From positions 1 to 23,203 of the forward strand of contig JAUVCJ010000010.1 of NCBI GenBank assembly GCA_030595765.1: 23,203 nucleotides of DNA, given 5' to 3'. This DNA is from Thermoplasmatota archaeon (GTDB lineage Archaea > Thermoplasmatota > Thermoplasmata > GCA-020350865 > JAUVCJ01). Position numbers and translations under genes: made by a program. Shown here in pieces: positions 1-8,806 of the stretch (position 1 is the stretch's first letter; the number at the start of each line of letters is the position of its first letter). A model generated the notes under the pieces. It was not told the origin of the DNA. It did not search any database and saw only the letters and a program-made list of their open reading frames with translations.

Positions 1-62
1 AGGCGATGAGTATTTATTGGCCGGAGATAATCAATGTGTTGCATGTACTGGACATACATGCA

Positions 63-91
63 GGGGAAAGTCTGCACTTTAGACTTTCCCC
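63..91. repeat. Perfect 11-bp stem-loop (GGGGAAAGTCT / AGACTTTCCCC, 7-nt loop)
   Basis: Read directly. It overlaps the stop codon (80-82) of a short frame open from the window edge. Confidence 0.6.
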
Positions 92-143
92 ACCTACCTT
101 CATGGAGATACGGTAGCCTCGCGGTTATACTTTATAAACCACA

Positions 144-1965
144 AGAGACTGTAGAAAAGTGTGCAACATTTTTCAGTAAGTGTGTATGTTTGGTTTGATT
201 TTTGTTTACTTTCTGCCTAGATGTGGCTTTTCATCAGATTATTGTTTGATATTCTGTCTGATTTCGTCTCTGTCCCAATTTGGTGTAGTTATTTGTTCAT
301 TTTTTCTTGGTTTTCAGCATATTCCTGGTTGTTTTCGATAGCTATCGCTATCCAGTAGTTTTATCATTCGTTTCAGATTTACTACGAGCCCTGTAAGGAT
401 TGCCTGCACGTTTACTTTTTCGAGGCCGTGATAACGTGCTCTGTTCAAGCCGTGAAATCGTTTCATTTCGGCTTGTTTTGGCTCGATGTGGGATCGGATC
501 TTCATGTCCTCTTTGTAGTCGTCGGTTTTGCTGTATTTGATTGCTTTCTGCTGGATATCATAGTCTTTGTTTATTGAGATGGTTCGAAATGACCTGGGTG
601 TGCATTTGTTTTTACTAGTGCATTGTTCACATGTATTCTTTCCAAAGAAATATACCCATGAATTGTTTCCTTTGTTCCAATAATGTTTACTGGTAGTATG
701 CCCTGCTGGGCATACCATTTTTTTCTTGTCATGGTCGTAATCGAATTTGTCTTTGGAATAGTATTCGCTGTTGTTATGAGATGTTCTTGGTGGTGCTATT
801 AACACTGTTTCCGTATCTTCTGCAAACTTACGGTTGTCTATAGTGCCATAGATACCATCTGCCCTTATTTTCTTTGGAGACAGCCCTTTTTCTTTCTGTC
901 TTTTTAAGTTCCCAGGCAATTGCGAATCATCACATGTATCTCCTGGTGTTACTTTAACGTCAGTGATTATCTGACGGTCGGTTTGAGATGTGTGTGCTTT
1001 GTAACCACAGAATGTTTTCTTGTCTGATTTTGCGCCCCAACGAGCATCTTTATCAACATTGCTTACCAACCGGCCTTTACCTTTTTTCTCTCTTTGCTTA
1101 AAATCAGTGCCGTCATCTGTTTCGACTTCTTTGATATAATCGTTCAAAATCGACTTGAGTTGTTCTATATATTCACTTGTTTCAGGACTTATGTTTACTC
1201 CCATATAAGCGAAGTGATCGATGAGGCTCTTTGCATCTATCACTACCCTCTTCAAGGTAGCTCTTTTTTCTCTCTCAGCCATCTTGAACTCTTTCTTTTC
1301 ATTGTTATCCAGATAGAATTCTCTGTTAACTGGACAATCACCATCATAGGATCTCAGGATTGATACTATAGCCTGTTTTACCAAAGCGATAGTTGTTGGT
1401 ATCGCTATATCAGCAATGATATGAGTTGCATCTATCGATTGGTTCTCATATTCATCAAGCAGACTCTTCTGCTTGAACTGCTCCAATATACGATTGAACA
1501 ATGTTCTATGCATATCCTCTCCCAAAGTGTTGCGAAATTTACCCGGAGCTGTAAAATGGAATACCATCTCATCCAGTTCATATCCCACAAACCACCGATA
1601 CACAAGATTTTCCACGATCTGATTTCTGAGCTGCCGCTCAGACAAACAGTACATATACTGGACAATCTCAGCTCTGAACATAATCTCAGGATAATTCGTA
1701 ACCTTCCGACCAATATCAGGTTCATATAGATCTTTACACTCTTTGTTCACGAAAGAGAAATCGATCTCTTCATTTATTCGATATAAAAGATGATTTCGAG
1801 ATACCACATTTTTGTAAACATCCTGGCTCAAAACAAATCTCGTTTCTTTTGGCTCATCTACAAAAACCATCCCATACACCATAGCCAGATAGGTTTCTGA
1901 CTATTAAAAGATGGCTCCGATTTATTACGCTGGCTAGTGAAATAGGTAGCTTTTCTACAGTCTCT
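144..1965. mobile_element. Insertion sequence, IS1182-like, bounded by 16-bp perfect terminal inverted repeats
   Basis: AGAGACTGTAGAAAAG at 144-159 is the exact reverse complement of CTTTTCTACAGTCTCT at 1950-1965, flanking one transposase ORF. No clear target-site duplication was seen. Confidence 0.75.
314..1882 (-). CDS. Transposase, IS1182-like DDE type (DUF772-like N-terminus)
   Basis: 522-aa ORF with N-terminal 'RAEIVQYMYCLSERQLRNQIVENLVYRWFVGYELDEMVFHFTAPGKFRNTLG', 'SIDATHI', a central 'GRLVSNVDKDARWGAKSDKKTFCGYKAHTSQT' and a C-terminal Cys-containing zinc-like segment. Confidence 0.85.
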   Translation of the reverse strand: MVYGMVFVDEPKETRFVLSQDVYKNVVSRNHLLYRINEEIDFSFVNKECKDLYEPDIGRKVTNYPEIMFRAEIVQYMYCLSERQLRNQIVENLVYRWFVGYELDEMVFHFTAPGKFRNTLGEDMHRTLFNRILEQFKQKSLLDEYENQSIDATHIIADIAIPTTIALVKQAIVSILRSYDGDCPVNREFYLDNNEKKEFKMAEREKRATLKRVVIDAKSLIDHFAYMGVNISPETSEYIEQLKSILNDYIKEVETDDGTDFKQREKKGKGRLVSNVDKDARWGAKSDKKTFCGYKAHTSQTDRQIITDVKVTPGDTCDDSQLPGNLKRQKEKGLSPKKIRADGIYGTIDNRKFAEDTETVLIAPPRTSHNNSEYYSKDKFDYDHDKKKMVCPAGHTTSKHYWNKGNNSWVYFFGKNTCEQCTSKNKCTPRSFRTISINKDYDIQQKAIKYSKTDDYKEDMKIRSHIEPKQAEMKRFHGLNRARYHGLEKVNVQAILTGLVVNLKRMIKLLDSDSYRKQPGIC

Positions 1966-1990
1966 CTTTCAATTAGCTCTTCCCTTCCAT

Positions 1991-4552
1991 CTAGGCATCC
2001 GTCTCTTCCACTTTGCCTATTCCATCCATGTTATCATTTTTCTCTTCCAATCGCCCCTTCCCATCCATCTCGGCATCTTTCTCTTCCAATTGGCCCTTTC
2101 CATCCATCTCGGCAACTTTCTTTTCCAATTGGCCCTTTCCATCCATCTCGGCAACTTTCTCTTCCAATTGGCCAATCTCTCTCACTTTGCCATCTTTTCC
2201 TTCCAATGTGTCATCTTTTTCGTCCTGGTGGTTGCTGAATTTGCTCTTGAAGGCCTCACCAATTCCTCCCTTTGTCATTCTGGAAAGGGCATCGTGCCAT
2301 TCCTGGATATTCCTCTGGACCACCGGTGTAGGTGCAATTCTCGTAGGCGTAGGAAGGATGTAAGCATCCATCTGGGTTCCGTTCCAGAGGTAGCTTACCC
2401 TGAGCCAGGATGGATCGTTCTCATTTTTTGATAGGCGGGCAAGATCCACAACTCGTATGGAATCTATGGGGATTATGAACCGTTTGATACCATTGAATTC
2501 CAATCCATCTCCTGTTAGTATCAACTCTCCAAGATTCTCATATCGTTTCCTCTCCAGGTCGCTCTGGCCTGGTTTCAGGGCAGTTCCAGCCTGTACAAAG
2601 TAGGCCATGTTCTCATATTTGACAACCCCCCTTGGCCCTCCGCTGGTCTGTCTCTTTGGCACCTCTTTTCGCTTGAGAAGCAAACCTGCAGCCAGCAGAA
2701 CGACCAAAAACGCCTCTATCAATACGATCGCCAGCAATGGTAATAGTAACGTATCCTTCTCTTCTGGCAGTTCTAGGTCAAGTAGGGAGCTTAGTTGCAG
2801 GGAATCGACACCATCTTCCAGAACAGTTATGCTCACGCTCATGACCTCATTATACTCTGCTCTCAATTCAAGTGCCTGCCCTTGGGATATCCATTTTGGT
2901 ATGAGTACCCTGGTAGAGAAGCCTTCAGAATCCTGAATCAAAGATACTCTGGCATTTGTTGCCAGGTTCGTGAGTGTAATTTTCGCTCCCTGAATGGTTC
3001 TGCCTGTGGTGTCCTGCACATTCCCAGAAAGGCTGAGCCATTTCTCGATGATGAGCTCCATCTCCATCCAGAGGTGAGCTTCTATGCTGCCAGGGTTGAT
3101 GGTTATGTAGAGCGCTGTGTTGTAGTAACCCGCAGGCAGGTTGTCGAACTCTAAGGAACCCACTCCAAGATCAGATGGATTAACTTCCTTGATAGCAACG
3201 AATTTACCCATATTATCATATATCTCGGCCACCACCGGGTTTGACCCCTGGTTTGATGTGAATTCCAGTCTGAGAGTGTCATTGAGCCCGTTGCCGCTTA
3301 GGTCTTGTGAGGTAGGAGTGGCATTAAGCACCGCACCACCTGTGAATTGAGGGTCCAGGTCCATGGTCTGGAGGAATGACCACCAGGTGCAGTTAGCTCC
3401 AAAATCGGTTTGCAAATAAGAGGGGTTGAGATATTCATCCACAGGAAACCAGATCCCCAAGCCATGAGCGTTCTCGACCGAGGTTCCTTTCGGGTCGATG
3501 TCGCTTGTCCAGTGTCTTTCCACAATAACAGCTTTGTCGATGAGATCCAAAAGCTCTCCAGCAACTTGTCTCAGCGGAAGATAGGGAACCCGGCTTTCCA
3601 GAAGGCTTGCGAAATGAAAAAGATCCACTGGCTCGGGGGTGGCATGATATTGTTCCGTATCGTTTCTAGCATCCCTTATCCAGGTGCTCAGGTGGGGGTA
3701 ATTGTCTGTGAGCAGGTTCGAAAGCTTCGATATCCCCTCAACCACCTCCTCGATCGAATCCAGGTCTATCAGAGACTGGGCGGCTGAATGGGCGCTGTTG
3801 TTCGCAGACCAGTCCACAAAGATGTTCACGATGGAGGTGCCCAGAGCCCTTCCGTCCATGTACGGGCTGCTGGCAAGCCCATCCAGTATCAAGTCGTAAG
3901 GTAACCCACGGTCGTCTTCCTCCTTCTCGGAAGCCACTGATAGGTTTGCAAGCCCCCGAAGCTGATAGAATACCTCCACCATTGCCTGGTTGCACACATC
4001 AAAGCCGATAAGGTCCAGCTTCTTTCCCAATGGAAGTATGCCATTTCTAAGCTCAGTCATTTCCAGGTAGTCGGACCCATCTGGAGATACTCCTTTCCAC
4101 CCCCTGCCATGACCCCACATTATCAGTGCGTACCTCTGGGCAGGGAATTCGTTGATAGACCACTGCAGAAAATCCTGCAGGGCATTAGCTGTGCCCATGT
4201 TCGTCTCTCCAATGCTCCACTGATCATGCCCTTCAACGTAGCTGTGAAACAGATCGGTGTCATTGTCCTGCTGCACCAGGAACCGCCTGGTGTCGGTCCA
4301 GTCCCCGTTCGTGTCGTCATGACCTGTATCTCTATCGAACTGAACCACTATGTTCAATTCATCTGTGGAGCCAACTAGCTCCATCTCGTTGAGGTCCTCT
4401 ACTGCGAGTCTTTCCAGCTCGTTATCCCCCGACATGTAGACCATGAATGTCCATTTTGCAACAGGGAGCTCTGCTGCCTGGACATGGACTCCAGGAGCTA
4501 ACAATGAGCCTGCGAATAGAAAGATAATAAGGATTGGGAACATCTTTTTCAT
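1991..4552 (-). CDS. Clostripain-family (C11) cysteine protease, secreted or extracellular domain, C-terminal TM helix, cytosolic PH-like segment and repeat tail
   Basis: 'WTFMVYMSGDNELERLA', catalytic-type 'LIMWGHGRGWKG' (His) and 'LIGFDVCNQAMVEV' (Cys), signal peptide 'MKKMFPILIIFLFAGSLLAPG', TM 'LLLPLLAIVLIEAFLVVLLAAGLLL'. Start chosen at the ATG at 4552 because the signal peptide begins there; the ORF is open to 4621. Confidence 0.85.
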   Translation of the reverse strand: MKKMFPILIIFLFAGSLLAPGVHVQAAELPVAKWTFMVYMSGDNELERLAVEDLNEMELVGSTDELNIVVQFDRDTGHDDTNGDWTDTRRFLVQQDNDTDLFHSYVEGHDQWSIGETNMGTANALQDFLQWSINEFPAQRYALIMWGHGRGWKGVSPDGSDYLEMTELRNGILPLGKKLDLIGFDVCNQAMVEVFYQLRGLANLSVASEKEEDDRGLPYDLILDGLASSPYMDGRALGTSIVNIFVDWSANNSAHSAAQSLIDLDSIEEVVEGISKLSNLLTDNYPHLSTWIRDARNDTEQYHATPEPVDLFHFASLLESRVPYLPLRQVAGELLDLIDKAVIVERHWTSDIDPKGTSVENAHGLGIWFPVDEYLNPSYLQTDFGANCTWWSFLQTMDLDPQFTGGAVLNATPTSQDLSGNGLNDTLRLEFTSNQGSNPVVAEIYDNMGKFVAIKEVNPSDLGVGSLEFDNLPAGYYNTALYITINPGSIEAHLWMEMELIIEKWLSLSGNVQDTTGRTIQGAKITLTNLATNARVSLIQDSEGFSTRVLIPKWISQGQALELRAEYNEVMSVSITVLEDGVDSLQLSSLLDLELPEEKDTLLLPLLAIVLIEAFLVVLLAAGLLLKRKEVPKRQTSGGPRGVVKYENMAYFVQAGTALKPGQSDLERKRYENLGELILTGDGLEFNGIKRFIIPIDSIRVVDLARLSKNENDPSWLRVSYLWNGTQMDAYILPTPTRIAPTPVVQRNIQEWHDALSRMTKGGIGEAFKSKFSNHQDEKDDTLEGKDGKVREIGQLEEKVAEMDGKGQLEKKVAEMDGKGQLEEKDAEMDGKGRLEEKNDNMDGIGKVEETDA
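2012..2167 (-). repeat. Four tandem 39-bp units encoding 13-aa repeats at the protease C-terminus
   Basis: LEEKVAEMDGKGQ / LEKKVAEMDGKGQ / LEEKDAEMDGKGR / LEEKNDNMDGIGK. Confidence 0.9.
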
Positions 4553-4651
4553 GACAACATCAAATTGCCAATGCGGTTTATTAATAGTTTTGCCGAGATC
4601 CAACCATAAAAAGAGCCTCATGCAGAGCAGTTTTGGCTGAAGTTGAGAAAT

Positions 4652-5185
4652 TCATTTACTGTTTTTCGAGATAAGAAGTTCGCTGGCGGTCAGGATCGCT
4701 TGAAAGGGAATGCCGTGCTCTTTCATGAGTGTTGATGCTCCTTCCTCTCTGTCCACCACTACCAAGGCTCTGACGACCTTTAAACCAGCATCCGTGAGGA
4801 TTTTGGCGGTTTTGACAATGGAGCCGCCACTGGTAGCCACATCTTCAACAATGGTCACGCGCTCCCCGCTTTTGAAAGCACCCTCAATTCCTTTGCCGGT
4901 CCCATGGGCCCTGTCTCCTTTGCGCACCATCAGGTAGGGAATGTTGGTTTCCAGGGAAGTCGCTACAGCTAGCGGCACCGCCCCGAGCTCCATGCCTGCG
5001 ATCCGCTCCCCTTCAACTTGCTCTGCCAGGCAGGTCGCCATGAGCCTGAGCAGGTCTGGAAGCGTGGAGGCTTTCTTGATGTTGACATAATACTGGCTCT
5101 TTTTTCCGCTGGTCAGGGTAAAATCGCCAAATTGGACTGCCTTGCAACGAATGAGGCCATCCAGTAGTTCATTTTTAATGCTCAT
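4652..5185 (-). CDS. pyrE: Orotate phosphoribosyltransferase
   Basis: 'FTLTSGKKSQYYVNIKKA', PRPP-binding 'RVTIVEDVATSGGSIVKTAKIL', 'VVRALVVVDREEGA'. Confidence 0.93.
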   Translation of the reverse strand: MSIKNELLDGLIRCKAVQFGDFTLTSGKKSQYYVNIKKASTLPDLLRLMATCLAEQVEGERIAGMELGAVPLAVATSLETNIPYLMVRKGDRAHGTGKGIEGAFKSGERVTIVEDVATSGGSIVKTAKILTDAGLKVVRALVVVDREEGASTLMKEHGIPFQAILTASELLISKNSK

Positions 5186-5252
5186 GTCACCGCCAAATTC
5201 ATAATTTCCTTCTTCTCTCCAATCAATAACTGACAGAACACTTATCTCAGAA

Positions 5253-5387
5253 CTATTTTTTCTTATCCGAACAGGCTACGCAGATACCCATCTGAACCCA
5301 GAAACAATTTGAACATACATGTTTTCCGCAATTGATGCATTTGTGGTCAAGACCATCCTTTCCGCAAATAGCGCAGGTTTCACTCAT
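5253..5387 (-). CDS. 44-aa eight-cysteine zinc-binding microprotein (cross-brace, LIM or RING-like spacing)
   Basis: Manual translation: MSETCAICGKDGLDHKCINCGKHVCSNCFWVQMGICVACSDKKK*. Spacing C-x2-C-x8-C-x2-C-x4-C-x2-C-x7-C-x2-C. The ATG is 4 nt after the carS stop. Absent from the supplied ORF track, apparently because it is short. Confidence 0.75.
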   Translation of the reverse strand: MSETCAICGKDGLDHKCINCGKHVCSNCFWVQMGICVACSDKKK

Positions 5388-5391
5388 AATA

Positions 5392-5982
5392 TCACCACGG
5401 CACGTCCTTGTGTCCCATCCTGAAACCGAGGACGTTGACCCCCCGATGTAGTAGGGGGGTTATTACAATTACGCTTAGAAAGGAGATCCAACCCTGTCCA
5501 TGGACGAAGCTGTCAAGGAACCATCCCATGTCGAAAATGCAGATCAATAGCCAACTTCCAAGGAGGAAATCATACTGGTCCAGTATCGGGGTCTTGGCTC
5601 CGCGCTCCCTGCCCATTCTTCTCTTGAAATAGGAGCCTAACATGTCTCCGAGCATCGCACCGAAGGCCAGTAGAGCAACACGGAATAGAGATTGAGGAAA
5701 TTGACCAAATGTCCATGCCTGCGAGGCGCCAACAACTGATGCCAATCCGATGATTATGAGCCCAAGAGTTGTGCCACTGATGGTTCCGCCTGCCCACCCC
5801 CTCCAGGTCTTTCCATCACCCAACAATCGTTTTCCGTCTCTAGCGTTTTTACCCATGTCAACAGGCTTTCCCCCTCCGAACAGCACTGCCATGGGGTTTG
5901 CTGCGTAGGATGGGAGAGTAAGCCAGAACCCCAGAATAACAGAGACAAAGATGACTTCTAACATCCAGAATCCCAAGAGCAC
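5392..5982 (-). CDS. carS: CDP-2,3-bis-(O-geranylgeranyl)-sn-glycerol synthase (CDP-archaeol synthase)
   Basis: 'LPSYAANPMAVLFGGGKPVDMGKNARDGKRLLGDGKTWRG', 'GAMLGDMLGSYFKRRMGRERGAKTPILDQYDFLLGSW', multiple TM helices. Confidence 0.93.
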   Translation of the reverse strand: MLLGFWMLEVIFVSVILGFWLTLPSYAANPMAVLFGGGKPVDMGKNARDGKRLLGDGKTWRGWAGGTISGTTLGLIIIGLASVVGASQAWTFGQFPQSLFRVALLAFGAMLGDMLGSYFKRRMGRERGAKTPILDQYDFLLGSWLLICIFDMGWFLDSFVHGQGWISFLSVIVITPLLHRGVNVLGFRMGHKDVPW

Positions 5983-6189
5983 CAGGATAGTTAAGGTTTC
6001 CCTAATTGAGTAACATTTTCTCTAGCCATAGAGTTGAACTGCTCGCCCTTGGTAGAAAGTCACATCGTGATACCGTTACTGATAGTTCCTGTTTATGGCC
6101 TTACAAACCTCACTCATATCTAGAGAGCTATAGAGTGCCGGTGATGCTTCCGATGCCTTTGTTACATCCCTCCTGATAATACTCTATCT

Positions 6190-6585
6190 ATGGGAAACTA
6201 CAAGGTTATTAAAGGAGGAGGGCGTTCGGCGAAATATAACCGAACATCCCGGGGACTAACGAAAATGAAGCTCCAGCCCATTGATGACGTCAACTATCAT
6301 ATTGCCCTGAACAAGGGGCGGACCAAGGATGTTCAAATCCAATGGAAAACCGGCCAGATATGCCTTTCATTCAACAATATCTTTCTGACTGGAGAAAATA
6401 CGGTATATGAGATACCCCTGGGAGATGTTAGCTCCATTGACATCATAGAGAACGACAAGACTAAGCTACTTTTCAACCTCAATAGCATAAAGGTCTGTGT
6501 CAACTCCGAGAATCCTGCCAGGCTCAGGGCGCTTCGTCATTTTCTGCTCCCGTTCATCAATGAAAGGCCGGATGCCGGATCCTGA
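6190..6585 (+). CDS. Small hypothetical protein with a PH- or CheF-like beta-rich domain
   Basis: 131-aa ORF in an otherwise empty divergent region: 'VQIQWKTGQICLSFNNIFLTGENTVYEIPLGDVSSIDIIENDKTKLLFNL'. Confidence 0.55.
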   Translation: MGNYKVIKGGGRSAKYNRTSRGLTKMKLQPIDDVNYHIALNKGRTKDVQIQWKTGQICLSFNNIFLTGENTVYEIPLGDVSSIDIIENDKTKLLFNLNSIKVCVNSENPARLRALRHFLLPFINERPDAGS

Positions 6586-6590
6586 TTGGA

Positions 6591-7628
6591 TTATTCACCC
6601 ACAGTGCGTAAGGTTTTTTTCCCCTTTCCCTTCATCTTAATGCTCCTTTTGGTTGGCTTCAAATCCCCTTTTTCAAAGGCCATTAGCATGTCCTTTACTC
6701 CTTCCAACCTAGGAACCTCCAGCAGAACAGCCATTGTTTTGTATCTGGGTATGATCCTGAATATCTCCTCGGCCATGTGTTTCTCCCTGGCCTTCTCCAG
6801 CCTTTCGAATCCCTTTATGCTGGTTATGTCCCTGTCCCATGCCAGTGCAAATTTCTGGGGACTATCAGCAGGATATCTACGATGTTTGAGCTTGCGAATT
6901 CTGATGCTGTGCTCCACCAGCTCTCTGCCGGATATTTTTGAACAGTATTCAAGGGTGTATCGCTCCTCGCTCATGTCTATGGCTATTAGAGGAATGGCAT
7001 TCTTCCTGCAGTAATCTAGAGCTTCGATGTATTCTGTAGGGGGTGCCTTAACCTCACCGAAGTTAGCCAGATATCGGGAGTATATCTCCTCATACCTTGA
7101 AGGGCAATGATCCTCGATATCATCATGGCTCTCATCATCTTCATCGTCATAATTGTCATCATCACCGTCTTTATCTATGTCATACTCATCGTCTTCATCA
7201 TCTTCAGCATCTTCATAATTGTCATCTTCATTAGCGCCATCATCTTCATCATTTTTAGCAACTTTAGCATTTTTCTCAACGTTGGCATCTGCATCATTTT
7301 TGACATCTTGAGCACCCTCACCATTGTCTTCATCCATTCTGGTCTCTCTTTCATCATCTGGCTCCAAGATGTCCCGTTCTTTTTGGGTTTTTTTCTGGTC
7401 TTCTTCGCCTGTTGCATTGACATGTTTTTCTAGGGCAAACAGCTGCTCTCTTGGGAGCGGAATGGTCATTGCCTGGGGTTTAAACCTCTCAAGGGCGGCT
7501 CTTACCCTTTTACCTTCGGATACGAGCCCTGGAACCGATGAGATCAATTGTATGCGAGAACCCAGGAGATCCATTCCAATTTCTTCGTCATCCAAGATCC
7601 TCACCCTAATCCAGCACTTGCCTCTCAA
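6591..7628 (-). CDS. Hypothetical protein (possibly TraB/Tiki-like) interrupted by a long acidic low-complexity insertion
   Basis: Both flanks look structured ('ALERFKPQAMTIPLPREQLFALEKH' and 'YIEALDYCRKNAIPLIAIDMSEERY...FALAWDRDITSIKGFERLEKAREKHMAEEIF'). Asp/Glu-rich region between them. Product assignment is weak. Confidence 0.6.
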   Translation of the reverse strand: MRGKCWIRVRILDDEEIGMDLLGSRIQLISSVPGLVSEGKRVRAALERFKPQAMTIPLPREQLFALEKHVNATGEEDQKKTQKERDILEPDDERETRMDEDNGEGAQDVKNDADANVEKNAKVAKNDEDDGANEDDNYEDAEDDEDDEYDIDKDGDDDNYDDEDDESHDDIEDHCPSRYEEIYSRYLANFGEVKAPPTEYIEALDYCRKNAIPLIAIDMSEERYTLEYCSKISGRELVEHSIRIRKLKHRRYPADSPQKFALAWDRDITSIKGFERLEKAREKHMAEEIFRIIPRYKTMAVLLEVPRLEGVKDMLMAFEKGDLKPTKRSIKMKGKGKKTLRTVGE

Positions 7629-8580
7629 GTATAAGCTCTAAAATAGTCTTCGGCTCGTCTGCTTTCTCAAGCTCCTTTCTGGATATGACTGGAGTACCCT
7701 CCAGACTTTCCTTTTCCGATCTTTCTATGAATATGACAGAGGGTCTCTCAACTATTGCTGAGATGGCAGCGGCGATCTTTGCCTTCCTGCGCACACCGCG
7801 TTCCTGCACGCTGATCCCGGTAAGCAGCACCTCGTCCTGGGCGCTAAGCGCATCGAAGGGGCATCTGGTCGTAGGTGTGACCCGGTATCCAAGGGAGGCT
7901 AGCCTGGTGAATACAGCCCTGTGAAAGCCTTCAGTGTTTGCAAAATCATCACTGACCTCCTCTACCTCGACAACCACCGAGGTTGGGTCCACCTCATGGA
8001 TTATGGGCTGGTCAAGAAACTCTTCAAGCCTAACAGCGGCATCGATCACTGCGCCCATGCCTTCCTCGTACATCTGGATGGTTCGTCTCGACACTCCAGC
8101 GATCTCAGCCAGGGTTCCCAGGGATATCTTGCGATGATGCCTGATCTCCCTGAGCAGTTCTCCGTCCAGGTGCACGTATAATCCTCCTGGAGCAGCGTAT
8201 ATGAAAGGAGGTATCCCCTCAACGAAATAGTTCTGGAGGGTGCCAAATGATATGATAGGTATTCCATGCCTGTAATAGACGATGTCGTCCTCGAGCCCAC
8301 CAGTCCCACCATGGGAGCCGATTATTATTGGAGCCGCACCCAAGCCGTTCGCCAGTATCTTAAGCTCTCTTGAATTGCCTTTGCTAAAGGAGTCTACATT
8401 CAAAAATACCTTGCAGACCAGCAATTTTTCGTCCCTTCGTGCAAGAAAATCGAAAGCTCCGCACCTGACCTGAGTTGGGTCTGATACAAAGAAACCGACC
8501 TTCGACAGGACATCACAGACCTGCGTCAGGAGATCTTCCCGCCGCATGAGCTTCAATACGACAGGCCTTCTATATATCAT
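7606..8580 (-). CDS. Archaeal HTH-type transcriptional regulator (conserved ~320-aa family with N-terminal nuclease-like domain and central XRE-type HTH)
   Basis: 'LREIRHHRKISLGTLAEIAGVSRRTIQMYEEGMGAVIDAAVRLEEFL' is an XRE-type HTH; 'VLSKVGFFVSDPTQVRCGAFDFLARRDEKLLVCKVFLNVDSFSKG' at the N-terminus. Confidence 0.85.
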   Translation of the reverse strand: MIYRRPVVLKLMRREDLLTQVCDVLSKVGFFVSDPTQVRCGAFDFLARRDEKLLVCKVFLNVDSFSKGNSRELKILANGLGAAPIIIGSHGGTGGLEDDIVYYRHGIPIISFGTLQNYFVEGIPPFIYAAPGGLYVHLDGELLREIRHHRKISLGTLAEIAGVSRRTIQMYEEGMGAVIDAAVRLEEFLDQPIIHEVDPTSVVVEVEEVSDDFANTEGFHRAVFTRLASLGYRVTPTTRCPFDALSAQDEVLLTGISVQERGVRRKAKIAAAISAIVERPSVIFIERSEKESLEGTPVISRKELEKADEPKTILELILERQVLD

Positions 8581-8684
8581 TTCCTATGATTTTTCTTTCC
8601 CTGGGTGCCTTATTGACAAAACAGTGGCCTACCCTTCCTAAAAAGGCGGCGCCAGAAAATATGGTTGTTGCTCGAGAGAAAGAT

Positions 8685-8768
8685 GACTGATGGAATGACT
8701 GATGGAATGACTGATGAAAAGGCTGATGAAAAGGCTGATGAAAAGACTGATGAATAGGCTGATGAAAA
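8685..8768. repeat. Seven tandem 12-bp units, consensus GRCTGATGRAAA
   Basis: GACTGATGGAAT x2, GACTGATGAAAA, GGCTGATGAAAA x2, GACTGATGAATA, GGCTGATGAAAA. Confidence 0.9.
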
Positions 8769-8806
8769 GAAACGGTTTTTAATGGTAGTATGCATATTGG
8801 TTCTCC

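Noticed and set aside
1094-1729. Several small ORFs on both strands inside the transposase gene (1094-1363, 1421-1729, 1432-1725)
   Set aside because: Overlapping alternative frames of the transposase coding region without recognisable content.
144-1965. IS element considered as carrier or mobiliser of the Ubl-like operon
   Set aside because: Only one copy is seen and its inverted repeats enclose only the transposase. The operon lies ~12 kb away among housekeeping genes.
2013-2431. Two + strand ORFs with 'SISATFSSNWPFP' or 'SIHLGNFLFQLAL' repeats
   Set aside because: Antisense readings of the C11 protease tail repeats; the minus frame alone connects to a recognised protein.
7107-7433. 108-aa + strand ORF, almost all Ile/Val/Phe ('IIMALIIFIVIIVIITVFIYV')
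   Set aside because: Antisense of the Asp-rich insertion in the 6591-7628 gene; the same hydrophobic artefact.
8685-8768. Repeated CTGATGA considered as C/D box sRNA motifs (box C TGATGA plus box D CTGA)
   Set aside because: The motifs overlap and recur every 12 bp without guide-length spacers, so they cannot form C/D or C'/D' architecture.
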